DNA of 64,000 bases from an uncultured virus (IMG/VR IMGVR_UViG_3300034108_000261) (IMGVR_UViG_3300034108_000261), one strand, 5' to 3'. Shown: positions 24,994 through 35,298, numbered from the stretch's first letter. Notes: generated by a model from the letters alone, not told the origin. Program-made: numbers and translations.

Positions 24994-25489
24994 AGACCGA
25001 CAAAGACTTTTTTGCTCGAGACTGCTTCTTAACCTCTGGTTTCTTCCATCCAGGAAGGAATGATTCTAGCACATCTGCTAATGTAGGATACTTATCGAGG
25101 AGTTTCTGGTCCTTGACAAGATCGAGCAGTTCTACCTCAGTAGCTACTACGCCCTGACAGATCTGCATCCAGAGTTCTTCCCTACGCCACTGACCGAGAT
25201 TCTTTGCGCTTCCATCTGGTAGCAGAGTTAGAAGACGACGAAACTCCTGTGTGATGGTGGTGTCGCCCATATTTTCGGGGAGACCTTCATCCTTAAAGGG
25301 AGTCTTACCTTCTGGTAGATTCCATGGACCTTGTTCGTAACCCACACCCCATGCAATAAATCGCATAAGAATAGAGTTGCCGACTGAGATTGCACCAACA
25401 CGTGCGGAAAGTTCTTCTGTTGTTTTTGCTTCAACTGCCCAGTCAAGAGCCTCGTTGATTTGCCTAAATTTCTTGGGTACTATTGCCAT
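24989..25489 (-). CDS. conserved hypothetical T4-like protein found downstream of rnh
   Basis: LPEG..PFK...RREE.W.Q...G...E.ELL..VKD.KL...YP pattern. Confidence 0.75.
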   Translation of the reverse strand: MAIVPKKFRQINEALDWAVEAKTTEELSARVGAISVGNSILMRFIAWGVGYEQGPWNLPEGKTPFKDEGLPENMGDTTITQEFRRLLTLLPDGSAKNLGQWRREELWMQICQGVVATEVELLDLVKDQKLLDKYPTLADVLESFLPGWKKPEVKKQSRAKKSLSVL

Positions 25490-26371
25490 TTAAAATTCAT
25501 CCACTAGTTCAATCAATTGTGTCATACGATTAGCGATAAAGTAGTTCAATAGACCAGAACGGTCGCCACCCTTCTGCATCTCGTAACTATCTATAATACT
25601 TTCCTTAATATCTTCAGGAATTCTTGATAGATCAACCAGTTCGCGGTTGCGCTGGTAGTTGCGCCACATTTCATCACTGTTGATAAACTCTTCTGGTTTC
25701 TGAGTTTTCCATTCAGCGAGTTTATCTTTACGAATAGGACGCTGACGGTCACCATTGATGAAAGTGTCATCACAGGAAAGGATATTCGGAACACCGTCAC
25801 CCTTATCGCCCATGATAATATGTTCCATGAGCACTGCTTCAGGTGATTCCTTCAACTTACAGAACTTCTTTTGAACAGGAGCATACTGTTTAACATTGTT
25901 CCACTTCTGCAGTTGCTGGAAGTCATGGTCACCAGAAAGAATAAGGAAAGGTTCAGCACTAGGCATGAGACCATCAGTGTTCATAGTCTGACTATACTCG
26001 GCGAGCACTGCGATAACATCATCTGCCTCAGCACCATCAACGTCGATTACAGGATAAGGGAAATGCTCTGTGAGTTCGGAGCGAACAAGGTGTAGCGCCT
26101 CGAAGATAGAGTTCCAGTCGAATCCACTTTCATCACGCGACTTCTTACGGTTTGCCTTGTAGTTCGGGAAATACTGACGACGCCAGTAGTGACGATTGTC
26201 ACAGGCGATAACCATATCGCCAAACTCAGGACCAAACTTCTTACGATATGACCGAAGCGCATTGATAATCATGTGACGAACGAGAGGGATGTTTACCTCA
26301 ACGTCACGACGACCCGCCAAATTTGCCATCAGACTGCTGATTGCAGTCTGGTTATAATCTACAACAATCAC
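25490..26371 (-). CDS. rnh: T4-type RNase H / 5'-3' exonuclease
   Basis: YWRR..FPNYKANR, EADDVIA, SGDHDF.QLQ, GDKGDGVPN. Confidence 0.95.
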   Translation of the reverse strand: MIVVDYNQTAISSLMANLAGRRDVEVNIPLVRHMIINALRSYRKKFGPEFGDMVIACDNRHYWRRQYFPNYKANRKKSRDESGFDWNSIFEALHLVRSELTEHFPYPVIDVDGAEADDVIAVLAEYSQTMNTDGLMPSAEPFLILSGDHDFQQLQKWNNVKQYAPVQKKFCKLKESPEAVLMEHIIMGDKGDGVPNILSCDDTFINGDRQRPIRKDKLAEWKTQKPEEFINSDEMWRNYQRNRELVDLSRIPEDIKESIIDSYEMQKGGDRSGLLNYFIANRMTQLIELVDEF

Positions 26372-26721
26372 GTTTCATCATTCCCATCATTTAATTTTGT
26401 ATCAAGTGCATTACGAATATCAGTTAGTAGATACGTTTCAGGCGTATCAATCCCACGTTGACGCAAGAACATCCCATATACCAGAACAGAAATTACTGCT
26501 GCATCAGCATAGAAACTATCGTGTTTTGTAATGCCAAACTTCTCAGTGCAAACCTTGGTGATTCCTGCCATGACTGATCGACCTGCACGTTCGGCGTCTT
26601 GATACGAGTTGTAGTCATCAATACCTTCGAGGAAGTATGTAAGAGATTCCTTATCTGGATTTGTATCTTCGAACTTCTTCTTAGGATTAAGAAAAGTCAC
26701 GTTATCATTATCGCTCATCAA
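26368..26721 (-). CDS. hypothetical protein
   Basis: 117-aa ORF with ATGA overlaps. Confidence 0.65.
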   Translation of the reverse strand: MMSDNDNVTFLNPKKKFEDTNPDKESLTYFLEGIDDYNSYQDAERAGRSVMAGITKVCTEKFGITKHDSFYADAAVISVLVYGMFLRQRGIDTPETYLLTDIRNALDTKLNDGNDET

Positions 26722-27839
26722 AACACTTTCAAAATTAATGTAGTCGGAGTCAGTCGCGCACGAACAGGTGCAGGCTTACTCTTAACGGCTGAGTACCATT
26801 TAGTCAAGTCTTTTTTCGCCAGTTCAGCAAATTCTTTTACTTGAGTCTCTGGTTTACGTAGCAACCGTGAGTTAGAGAAGTTCTCATCAAATCCTACAAG
26901 ACTTGCACCCTTGACAGTAATGCTACCACTGACTGGGTTATAGTACTTGGAGATCTTTCGAGTCTTGGTGTCGAAAGTCCACACTTCACTACAGTTTAGC
27001 AGATTGATAGGTTCGACACTGGCGATACCAAGTGCAGTATCTTCCTTGAGGAACTTTAGGTTCTGGACCAATTTGGTCTTATCCTTTGGTTTCTTCTTAC
27101 GAACCTTAGCAACCTGCTTGCTGACATGCGACTTTTTAAGATCGTTGACATAGGATTCGAGCAACTTGACGATATCCTTGACAATCTTCATACCAGACAG
27201 ATGTTCGTAACTCTCGAGCAACTGCGATTGCATGTCAGTCAGTTTTGCCTTGGGTATACGACGAACTTCTACCAATTCAGCAAACTCGGCGAGGATAGGT
27301 TGAATCTTTTCGACGCACTCAAGGTAATGTCTGTCTGCCATACGATATGGCATAAGAATTTGTGCTATATTCTTTACATCTTCGCCAATGACCAGATTCT
27401 CGATCTCGTCATTAACATCAGATACAATGAAGTGACCTGCAATCAACGGTTTCTTTGCAACCTTGACTACAGGTTCTGGAGAGGTGTCATCCTCTTCGAG
27501 TTTGGTACGCTTATTGAAAGTTTCCTCGACCTTCTCCCAGATACGAGAGGTATCTCTGTCGTTAAGAGGGAACCCACGCATAGCGATACGAGCTGAATTA
27601 GCATAGGTGCGTGGAAGCAACTTGTCAGGAATCTTACTGAGAGTTTTCAGTTTATCCCTATCACCCTTGAACCAGTCGCTCAAGAATGCACGACAATCCT
27701 TAGCATCCACGATGTAATTATACCAAGAGAGAGCATTACCAAACTCTGCCTGATAGTTTACAGGTTCGTAGTCGGCAACCCAAATGGGTTCGACACCAAC
27801 GAATTTCGATTCAGCAATAGGGACTTTCAACTTATGCAT
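26718..27839 (-). CDS. conserved hypothetical T4-like protein
   Basis: 373-aa ORF; ALSWYNY, SVEP..L...EVW.FDTKTRK, LRKPE motifs. Confidence 0.75.
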   Translation of the reverse strand: MHKLKVPIAESKFVGVEPIWVADYEPVNYQAEFGNALSWYNYIVDAKDCRAFLSDWFKGDRDKLKTLSKIPDKLLPRTYANSARIAMRGFPLNDRDTSRIWEKVEETFNKRTKLEEDDTSPEPVVKVAKKPLIAGHFIVSDVNDEIENLVIGEDVKNIAQILMPYRMADRHYLECVEKIQPILAEFAELVEVRRIPKAKLTDMQSQLLESYEHLSGMKIVKDIVKLLESYVNDLKKSHVSKQVAKVRKKKPKDKTKLVQNLKFLKEDTALGIASVEPINLLNCSEVWTFDTKTRKISKYYNPVSGSITVKGASLVGFDENFSNSRLLRKPETQVKEFAELAKKDLTKWYSAVKSKPAPVRARLTPTTLILKVF

Positions 27840-27867
27840 GGGTTCACCTCATCAAATTTATAGATTA

Positions 27868-27896
27868 CTTATACCGCATTTCTGCAGAAAAGTCAA
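27868..27896 (-). promoter_or_regulatory. sigma70-type promoter
   Basis: TTGACT-N17-TATAAG. Confidence 0.65.
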
Positions 27897-28150
27897 GCCA
27901 TAAATTTGACATTTGTGATAGTATCATATCTGAAAGAGCGCCAAGCAGACTTTTCAGTATCCCAGACAGGTAGAACATCAGGGTTTACCACCTTACTTTC
28001 AGCAGGAGTTGTTTTCTTCTCGGGCACTACGCTTTCCTGCAGAGTACATTTGATGACTCGAACATCACCATTAAGTTTTGTGAACGTCACTTCGGCGTTC
28101 ATCTTCTTAAGATTCTTTACGAGCATTTCACGGTCAATTTCCATAATCAC
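27893..28150 (-). CDS. WYL_2/Sm-like SH3 beta-barrel protein
   Basis: VTFTK.NG..R...CTL...VWD.EK.AWRSFR. Confidence 0.75.
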   Translation of the reverse strand: MIMEIDREMLVKNLKKMNAEVTFTKLNGDVRVIKCTLQESVVPEKKTTPAESKVVNPDVLPVWDTEKSAWRSFRYDTITNVKFMA

Positions 28151-29133
28151 ATTTTCCTTACATTATTTTCGTCTATAATAATTTTACCATCTCTCCAAGA
28201 TTTTCTGGGAGGATCTGGTGCGGGTATATCGTGGGTTGATAGATTATTTTTTTCCATAGCGAAGAAATCAGTGGGGTTTTCTACTACCACCTCAATTTTC
28301 TTCTTTGGTTTATGCTTCTTAACAACCTTCTTCGGTGCCACTGTTGGTGGAGTTGGATCAACCTCATCAACAGCGACAAAGTCTACTATACCCGCTTCTT
28401 CCTTTTTAGTCAAGCTTAAAATTGAAATATTTGCTGCAATAACCAAAAGAATTGCCAGAGGGTCGAATACGAAGATAAGAACAATAATCATCAAGCGCAC
28501 TGCTTTGTCGATAGTAGCAGTATCGCCACTACCGTAGAACAGTTCTGCGATATATTTTATCGGACCTACTTCTGCTTCGAGTTTGAGATTTTCTGTTTTG
28601 AGCGGTATGAGATCAGTCTCAATAGTCTCAATGTCTGCAGTCGCACTCTCAATTTCTTTATTGAGAGACGCACGTTCCCGTTTCTGTCTGTTTCGAATGA
28701 AATTAGCATCGAGCACATCCTCTGCAGTAGTGAGTCTGTCCAAAGTATCCAAAGATGTTTGCGCATTTTTGAGTCTCCTTTCTGCAGATGTTTTCTTGCT
28801 CTCGAGTTGTTCTATCTTAATTTGCGTGGAACCGCCAACAGTGCTATGTTCGATGTGCGCTCCACTTAGATAACCGAATACGCCAATACTTGTGATAAAT
28901 GATAATACCACAATCGCGATTGTGAAATATGTTTTCAACAGTTTGTTTGCGGTTTTCCAATTCCTATACACCCAACTCGCAGTAACGAGTTTAGCAAATT
29001 CTAAAGATCCACCCATCGCTGCAACAGCAATAGGGGATGCGGGGAAAATCGCCATCAAACCTAATATCGAAAAGTAACCAGCAACTGATGTAATCGCCAG
29101 CGCTGCCAACATTAATAGTGCTATGAATAGCAT
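28147..29133 (-). CDS. conserved multi-TM / coiled-coil membrane protein
   Basis: Three N-terminal TMs, coiled coil, EVGPIKYIAE, IFVFDPLA. Confidence 0.75.
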   Translation of the reverse strand: MLFIALLMLAALAITSVAGYFSILGLMAIFPASPIAVAAMGGSLEFAKLVTASWVYRNWKTANKLLKTYFTIAIVVLSFITSIGVFGYLSGAHIEHSTVGGSTQIKIEQLESKKTSAERRLKNAQTSLDTLDRLTTAEDVLDANFIRNRQKRERASLNKEIESATADIETIETDLIPLKTENLKLEAEVGPIKYIAELFYGSGDTATIDKAVRLMIIVLIFVFDPLAILLVIAANISILSLTKKEEAGIVDFVAVDEVDPTPPTVAPKKVVKKHKPKKKIEVVVENPTDFFAMEKNNLSTHDIPAPDPPRKSWRDGKIIIDENNVRKM

Positions 29134-29468
29134 CCAGGTCTCCAATCAGGTAATTTTAATTCTTTCAAGTGATCAAGTCTCAGACGCACATTCCACATTT
29201 GATTGATGCATCTGTCGTCGAGTCTATGCTCCCATTGCAGGATATGTTCAACTGCTTTGGCATGCGATTTGCTGTCGTATTCAGCGACAACTTCCTTGCG
29301 CATTTCGCCTTCATAGTTAGTCACATAAGAGGAACTTCCGAAGTATGTTTCGAAAAGTTTCTCTGTCTTACATGAATACCCAATATAAAATTTGCCGTCG
29401 TCGAAGTAAGTGCAATATACTCTATGCACCTTCTTCGGCAACGGCTTACGTTTTTTTCTAATTACCAT
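29121..29468 (-). CDS. stand-alone GIY-YIG-type endonuclease domain
   Basis: VYCT...KFYIGY...YFGSS...E...N. Confidence 0.7.
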   Translation of the reverse strand: MVIRKKRKPLPKKVHRVYCTYFDDGKFYIGYSCKTEKLFETYFGSSSYVTNYEGEMRKEVVAEYDSKSHAKAVEHILQWEHRLDDRCINQMWNVRLRLDHLKELKLPDWRPGCYS

Positions 29469-29491
29469 AATCTACTCCGTAAGTAGACTAT

Positions 29492-29650
29492 TTATTCGCT
29501 TTCTTGATCGGAATCGAAATCATATTCTTCTTGATCGATCCCTTCGCCGCAGAAAGGACAGTACAACACTCTATAATATTTACCGTCCATATCATGCTCT
29601 ACAGAGAATAGAGCATTACAACTAGAACATTCGTGCTCCTCGTCAAGCAT
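29492..29650 (-). CDS. small zinc-ribbon protein (52 aa)
   Basis: Hand translation: ECSSC...YCPFCGE with acidic tail. Confidence 0.65.
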   Translation of the reverse strand: MLDEEHECSSCNALFSVEHDMDGKYYRVLYCPFCGEGIDQEEYDFDSDQESE

Positions 29651-29655
29651 GTAAA

Positions 29656-29958
29656 TTACACATCAGTAATAGTTGTAGTAGATATAATACCAACGGAATT
29701 ATGATATTCGTCCATTGCACCACCTAGATTACCCGAGGCAACAAATGCTTCAAACTCTTCAGCGACTGCATCATCTGTGAACGTATATTCTAATACCTGG
29801 ACATACATATCATTCAGGATATCGAAATGAAATGTAACAGTATCTCTATTATTTTCTAACCATTCATCCAATAAAGAATTCTGCGGGGGATTGGTCTGAA
29901 AATACCACAAAGTTTGATGTGACGGTCTAGTATTTGTAATAGTAAGTTTCTTCGCCAT
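29656..29958 (-). CDS. hypothetical protein
   Basis: AAGGA RBS before MAKKLT. Confidence 0.6.
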   Translation of the reverse strand: MAKKLTITNTRPSHQTLWYFQTNPPQNSLLDEWLENNRDTVTFHFDILNDMYVQVLEYTFTDDAVAEEFEAFVASGNLGGAMDEYHNSVGIISTTTITDV

Positions 29959-29981
29959 GATAGTTTCCTTCTCGTTTAAAT

Positions 29982-30956
29982 TTATGCTGCCACACCCCAA
30001 ACATCATCCCACTTGCCTGATAGTGCACCCTTGGCATAGTCGGTAGCACGATTTTCAAAGAAGTTGGTGTGTGTTGGTGCGTTGATCATTTCCTCGACCC
30101 AAGGCAGAGGATTTTTCTTAATCTTAAAGATACCCTTGAGACCGAGACTAATTAGTCGACGGTCACAAATATAACGGATATACTTCTTTACATCTGCAGA
30201 TGTGAGATCTTGCATCTCACCCATCTCGAATGAAAGATCAATAAACTTATCTTCCAGTTCTACCATTTTCTCGGCGATGGTATAGATACTGGACTTCAAT
30301 TCATCGTTCCAGAGTTCGCGATTTTCCTCGACATAAGTGCGGAACAACTTGATCATCGACTCAGCATGCATCGTCTCATCAACGATTGACCAAGTAACAA
30401 TCTGTCCCATTCCCTTCATCTTTCCGTGACGAGGGAAGTTGAGGAGCATAATGAAGGATGAGAACAGTTGCATACCCTCAGTGAATGCACTAAATGCAGC
30501 GATATTGGTCGCGACCGATTCAGGTGTTCCATTTGCATTCGACAAATCCGTAAAGTAGTCGTGCTTTGCTCGCATTGAGTCGTATTCAAGGAATTCTTGA
30601 TATGTCGTTTCTGGCATACCCAGAGTTTCAATAAGGTGAGAATACGCTGCAACATGTAGTGCCTCCCTTGCCGCAAATCCCATCAACATCATACGAATTT
30701 CAGGTTGAGGGAAATACGGTAGATAGTTCTTCACATAACCGCCAGCAACATCGATGTCACCCTGTGTGAAGAAGCGGAAAATGTTAGTCAGAAAGTGTTT
30801 TTCACCATCGGTAAGACGCTTCTTCCAGTCTTGCACGTCTTCGACCATTGGCACCTCAGTATGCAACCAATGTGACTGCTCATGCTTTAACCAAGCATCA
30901 TACGCCCAAGGATAGTTGAACGGTTTGAAATACGATCTTTCACTCATTAATGTCAT
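29982..30956 (-). CDS. nrdB: class I ribonucleotide reductase beta subunit
   Basis: FFTQGD, EALHVAAYS, EGMQLFSSF, DETMH, NFFENRATDY. Confidence 0.97.
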   Translation of the reverse strand: MTLMSERSYFKPFNYPWAYDAWLKHEQSHWLHTEVPMVEDVQDWKKRLTDGEKHFLTNIFRFFTQGDIDVAGGYVKNYLPYFPQPEIRMMLMGFAAREALHVAAYSHLIETLGMPETTYQEFLEYDSMRAKHDYFTDLSNANGTPESVATNIAAFSAFTEGMQLFSSFIMLLNFPRHGKMKGMGQIVTWSIVDETMHAESMIKLFRTYVEENRELWNDELKSSIYTIAEKMVELEDKFIDLSFEMGEMQDLTSADVKKYIRYICDRRLISLGLKGIFKIKKNPLPWVEEMINAPTHTNFFENRATDYAKGALSGKWDDVWGVAA

Positions 30957-31111
30957 GGACGACCCTGACCCCTATACTTTTTGAAGTTTTGCTTTTTATT
31001 TTTATTCATTGTGCTGGTTTTAATCTTCCCATTACCAATCGAAGTACCTCTCTTATGAGTTTCGTTGATGCTGTTTTTCGTTGTCCCAGTAGACTTGCTG
31101 CCTTTTGCCAT
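30953..31111 (-). CDS. small basic conserved phage protein (52 aa)
   Basis: Hand translation MAKGSK...TSIGNG.IK.S.MNK.KK..FKKYRGQGRP. Confidence 0.65.
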   Translation of the reverse strand: MAKGSKSTGTTKNSINETHKRGTSIGNGKIKTSTMNKNKKQNFKKYRGQGRP

Positions 31112-31347
31112 TAATTATTCTCCGCCCATTTGATTAAACCATCATAACCACCGACGTGATGTCCATTAATCCAAATTTGCGGAACAGTTGTCACCCCAGG
31201 AACTGCGGCAACTACATCTTCCCATAATACATCTTCACCCACCACACTTTCAATATACTGAATTTCCATACCAGTCATGAATTCCTTTGCCAATACGCAA
31301 TAGGGGCAATCAGGTTTGGTATAAATCTCTGCAAAAAATTGTGTCAT
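31111..31347 (-). CDS. nrdC: glutaredoxin
   Basis: CPYC, TVPQIWI, VGGY. Confidence 0.93.
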   Translation of the reverse strand: MTQFFAEIYTKPDCPYCVLAKEFMTGMEIQYIESVVGEDVLWEDVVAAVPGVTTVPQIWINGHHVGGYDGLIKWAENN

Positions 31348-31350
31348 TTC

Positions 31351-33153
31351 TTATCCTTCGCATGCAACACAGGTGTCACCTTCGATCATTGCTTTGAAGT
31401 CGAGTTCTTTAATTACTTCTCGTTCAATACGCTTTGATACCTTATCTGCCTTACCAATCTTCTCGGAACGGCAATAGTATAGAGTCTTCAAACCTTGCTT
31501 CCATGCAAGATAATGGACTGCATGAATATATTTGATATTTGCATCAGGACGGAAGAATAGATTGAGGGACTGTGCCTGATCAATAAACTTCTGTCTGTCT
31601 GCTGCATGTTCAATAACCCAACGCTGATCGATTTCCATCGAGGTTTTGTAGACACTCTTAGTAATATCGTCCATCCATGTAAGGTGCTGCACCGAACCAT
31701 CGTTGGCGATAATCGAGGACCAAACCTCGTCATACCAACCAGCAGGTCTGCCGAATGCCGCTTCTTCTAGAATAATCGCGTCAAGATATTTATTCTTATT
31801 CAAAAATGAACCCGATAGTGTATCTTGACGATATGCATTTGCTCGCCATGGTTCAATCGACGGACTAGTATTACCCATGATGATTGACGACGATGCGTTT
31901 GGAGCAATTGCCTGCATATGTGAGAAACGACGACCAGTGCCAGCAGCATCAGGTGCTTCGCCACGCTCTGTTCCAAGTTCTAGATTCGCAGTATCTAGAC
32001 GATTCTTGATTAGTTTGAACATTCGCATGTTCGTTCCCTTAGCGACTGCCGACTCCCACGCAATACCCTTGCGCTGAAGATAAGCATGGAAACCTAGTGC
32101 ACCGATACCAATAGAACGTTCGCGCTTTGCTGAATAGATCGCACGAGCAACCTGCTTCGGAGCATTGTCAATAAAGTATTGTAACACGTTATCTAGCATT
32201 TCCGCCATGTCCTTGAGGAACAACGGATCTTTCGACCATGCATCATAGTATTCTAGATTAACGGACGAGAGGCAGCAAACCGCAGTACGCTTCCTATCCG
32301 TTGGAAGAATGATTTCTGAACAGAGATTTGACTGATGAATCTTTAGACCAAGATCCTTCTGGAACTGCGGCATTGCACGATTAGACGTATCAATAAAGTG
32401 TAGGTATGGTTCACCTGTCATCATACGAAGTTCGAGAATCTTCTGCCAAAGTTCCTTCGCTGAAACTGTGTCGCGGATTTCACCCGATTTCGGATCGGTA
32501 AGGTTCCAACTGTCGTCGGCATCCTTGTCCGTCATACAACGCTCAACGATTTCCATAAACGCATCCGAGATGTTGATCCCATGGTGCAGGTTCAGTGCAC
32601 GCATGTTGGGATCACCCGTCGGTTTGCGCATCTCTAGAAATAACCCAACATCAGGGTGAGAAATATCCAGATAAGCAGCATAAGAACCACGACGAGTGCG
32701 ACCTTGACGGTAAGCCATACTAGAAGCATCATAAGTGCGAAGGTGAGGCATAACGCCAGTAGACTTATCATCTGCGGCGCGAATGCCAAAACCAATACCA
32801 ACGCCGCCACCAAGCATAGACAACCAGTTAGTTTCTGAAAGATTTTCAACTAGACCCTCCGCAGTATCGTCAATGAAGTTTAGAAAACATGAGATTGGCA
32901 TACCACGCTTCGACCGACCAAACGAGAGGATCGGAGTGGCATATGACAACCAGTGCTTTGACGCATATTCGTATAGACGCTGCGCATGTTCAGGATTAGA
33001 ACCGAACGTCTTTGAAACAAAAGCGAACCGATGTTGTGGAGACGTTTCGTCGTCCTTCATATATGATTCTTGAAGTCGCTGAATACCTAGTTTGTCAAAC
33101 AGGGAGTCCCGTGATAGGTCAATTTCAATATCCAGATAATTCTCTCTTGCCAT
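31351..33153 (-). CDS. nrdA: class I ribonucleotide reductase alpha subunit (no ATP cone)
   Basis: ATPIL, ISCFL, SNLCSEI, APNASSS, KTLYYCR, C-terminal CVACEG; uninterrupted. Confidence 0.97.
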   Translation of the reverse strand: MARENYLDIEIDLSRDSLFDKLGIQRLQESYMKDDETSPQHRFAFVSKTFGSNPEHAQRLYEYASKHWLSYATPILSFGRSKRGMPISCFLNFIDDTAEGLVENLSETNWLSMLGGGVGIGFGIRAADDKSTGVMPHLRTYDASSMAYRQGRTRRGSYAAYLDISHPDVGLFLEMRKPTGDPNMRALNLHHGINISDAFMEIVERCMTDKDADDSWNLTDPKSGEIRDTVSAKELWQKILELRMMTGEPYLHFIDTSNRAMPQFQKDLGLKIHQSNLCSEIILPTDRKRTAVCCLSSVNLEYYDAWSKDPLFLKDMAEMLDNVLQYFIDNAPKQVARAIYSAKRERSIGIGALGFHAYLQRKGIAWESAVAKGTNMRMFKLIKNRLDTANLELGTERGEAPDAAGTGRRFSHMQAIAPNASSSIIMGNTSPSIEPWRANAYRQDTLSGSFLNKNKYLDAIILEEAAFGRPAGWYDEVWSSIIANDGSVQHLTWMDDITKSVYKTSMEIDQRWVIEHAADRQKFIDQAQSLNLFFRPDANIKYIHAVHYLAWKQGLKTLYYCRSEKIGKADKVSKRIEREVIKELDFKAMIEGDTCVACEG

Positions 33154-33696
33154 TTATAGTCCCTGTTCCTTCAACACTTTTTCGATGTCTGGTTTGAAAT
33201 ATGATTCTGGTTTCAGAATCTTACCATCCTCGCGCTTTTTAATCTTACCATTATCAGAAACCTTGCTCATGTTAGAAGCACGCACTTCTTTCCACACTTC
33301 TTCAAAGTTGATACCAAGAGTTGCAAACAATCCTTGAACAACCCAGACTAGATCGGCACCACCGTCAGCAATGTCTCCAATATGACGACGAAGAAACCCA
33401 TCGCAAAGTTCGCGGTATTCTTCATCGATTAGATTAATATATAGGCTTGCTTGCGCCATATTATCATCATTTAGATGAGGTTTTACACCAACATATTGAT
33501 CCGCTGCGGACATAAATTCAGTAACGTCTTCTTGATAATTCATAGTATTTTCTTTCATTAGTGTAAAACTTCCATCTTCATTGGCAACCCACGTGATAGT
33601 ATCACCTTCTTTCCATTGCAGTTTTTCGAAACCTTCCCAAACAATATAGTGCTCGTCTGCGAAAGGATCGTATTCAACTTTAATAGTATCACTCAT
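33154..33696 (-). CDS. MazG-like/PRA-PH nucleotide pyrophosphohydrolase with N-terminal AbrB-like segment
   Basis: LIDEEY.E, DG.ADL.WV, EV..SNMSK, REDGKILKP; N-terminal LQWKEGDTITW...DGSFTL. Confidence 0.8.
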   Translation of the reverse strand: MSDTIKVEYDPFADEHYIVWEGFEKLQWKEGDTITWVANEDGSFTLMKENTMNYQEDVTEFMSAADQYVGVKPHLNDDNMAQASLYINLIDEEYRELCDGFLRRHIGDIADGGADLVWVVQGLFATLGINFEEVWKEVRASNMSKVSDNGKIKKREDGKILKPESYFKPDIEKVLKEQGL

Positions 33697-34409
33697 TTGC
33701 GCACCTCTTCAAGAATGTGATATTTAGGTTCCCATCCGAGTCTGCGCATTTCATCGATATTGGCATGAGTGACTTCTCTCTCACCAACAACATCTTTGAA
33801 AGGAACATCTCGGTATCCATAGGTATCCAAAACTTCACTGACAGAGATCGGTTCATCCGACCCAATATCTACTATACCCGAATAATTCGGATTAGTCAAT
33901 AGAATTTCAATCGCAGAGCAAATATCTTCAACATGCGTCCAGTCTCGAAGATGTTCTGTTTTATATTCGATTTTATTATTAAGCATCATATCATAGAACA
34001 TATCAGGGCGACTGTCTGGACCATAAACTGTATGGAATCTCATACCAATTGAGGTATATGGCGCAAGTTCTTCCATCGCCTTTTTGCTGGTAGCATATGG
34101 ATTTTTCCACCACTCATAAATTGAGGAGGAAGATGCATAGATTACCTTTACCCGATTAATCTCTGCCCATCTAAAGATGCGATTCGATGCAGTCACATTA
34201 GTTTCCCAATAACCTTCTGGATCGTCCCAACTTTTGCGAACACCAGCGAGTGCTGCTAGGTGTAGAACAACATCTGGGTTCCCGTAAGACTCTGTCATCT
34301 TCCATTCACGAATATCTCCCTCGTATGGAATTACAGTGTGATTCTTAGAAAGAATACGAAGCGCATTCCTACCGATAAACCCTTCATGTCCAGTTAGTAG
34401 AATTCTCAC
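33693..34409 (-). CDS. NAD-dependent nucleotide-sugar epimerase/dehydratase
   Basis: LTGHEGFIG, HLAALAGV, YASSSS, YATSK. Confidence 0.9.
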   Translation of the reverse strand: MRILLTGHEGFIGRNALRILSKNHTVIPYEGDIREWKMTESYGNPDVVLHLAALAGVRKSWDDPEGYWETNVTASNRIFRWAEINRVKVIYASSSSIYEWWKNPYATSKKAMEELAPYTSIGMRFHTVYGPDSRPDMFYDMMLNNKIEYKTEHLRDWTHVEDICSAIEILLTNPNYSGIVDIGSDEPISVSEVLDTYGYRDVPFKDVVGEREVTHANIDEMRRLGWEPKYHILEEVRK

Positions 34410-35104
34410 GGGAGTTTTCTTTCAAACTCTGCTTGTGCTGCCATGCTATCTAGAGCTGCCTTGACATCAGGGAAGTGATGGGCAATTATATCCCAGCACT
34501 GCACTGCAACGATACGGTGTTCCTTTTGAGTCGCCTTATCCATGCGCAACTGACAGTAGTGAACCCATGACCGAAGCGAACCTGCCATGATGATAGTTGA
34601 TTCTGTTAGACCTTCAGGGAGAACAGCACGTGCCTGTTCCTTGGCGATACCATTTTCAATTGCCCACTCATAAGCATCTACCGCAGCATGAGTTAAGGTT
34701 CGTTGTTTCAAATCCCACTCTCCAGCAAGTTCGCTATCTTCAACTTCTACTGAGTTCTGTCTGTTCTTGGCATCCTGCAGACGTGCTTCCCGTACAACAA
34801 ATCCCAGATCCTTGGTTGGATCGGCGTAACGCTGACTGTACTCTTGGAATCTGAAAGAACTATGCCGCAAAATCTGGCGGGCAATATCTCGTGTTGTTTT
34901 AATTTCCATTGCGACATGGACCATCTCCAGTGGTGACCAGTGTTGGTTCTTAATAAGATACTGAACCAGTTTAGGTGCTGTTGCGGTGTTGTTTTGGTTT
35001 GACGGATTAGATACTCTTGCTGCCCATGCAACAAGTTCATTAGCAGTATTACATTCTGTGTAGGCAGAAGGTTTCGACAGACTTACTAGGTTTACTTCAC
35101 TCAT
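34406..35104 (-). CDS. thyX: flavin-dependent thymidylate synthase
   Basis: HWSPLE, RQILRH.SF.FQEYSQRY, EQARAVLP, TQKEH. Confidence 0.95.
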   Translation of the reverse strand: MSEVNLVSLSKPSAYTECNTANELVAWAARVSNPSNQNNTATAPKLVQYLIKNQHWSPLEMVHVAMEIKTTRDIARQILRHSSFRFQEYSQRYADPTKDLGFVVREARLQDAKNRQNSVEVEDSELAGEWDLKQRTLTHAAVDAYEWAIENGIAKEQARAVLPEGLTESTIIMAGSLRSWVHYCQLRMDKATQKEHRIVAVQCWDIIAHHFPDVKAALDSMAAQAEFERKLP

Positions 35105-35298
35105 TAAATGTTTTCCAATGCTTCCAACTTGTCTTTGTATTCAGCGATATGACCAAGTTCTAGTTCAATCGCACCCATGAAGTCAGTATGCTCATGAATT
35201 GCCATTGGGTTATTCATCATAACACGCACGTTCATTGCATGCTTTTCAATGTGTGCTTGAAAATGCTTCCGAAGCACATGTTTAATATCATCTTTCAT
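35104..35298 (-). CDS. conserved small T4-like protein
   Basis: H..NV.V...NP..I.EH.D...AIE.EL..IAEY.DKLE. Confidence 0.7.
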   Translation of the reverse strand: MKDDIKHVLRKHFQAHIEKHAMNVRVMMNNPMAIHEHTDFMGAIELELGHIAEYKDKLEALENI

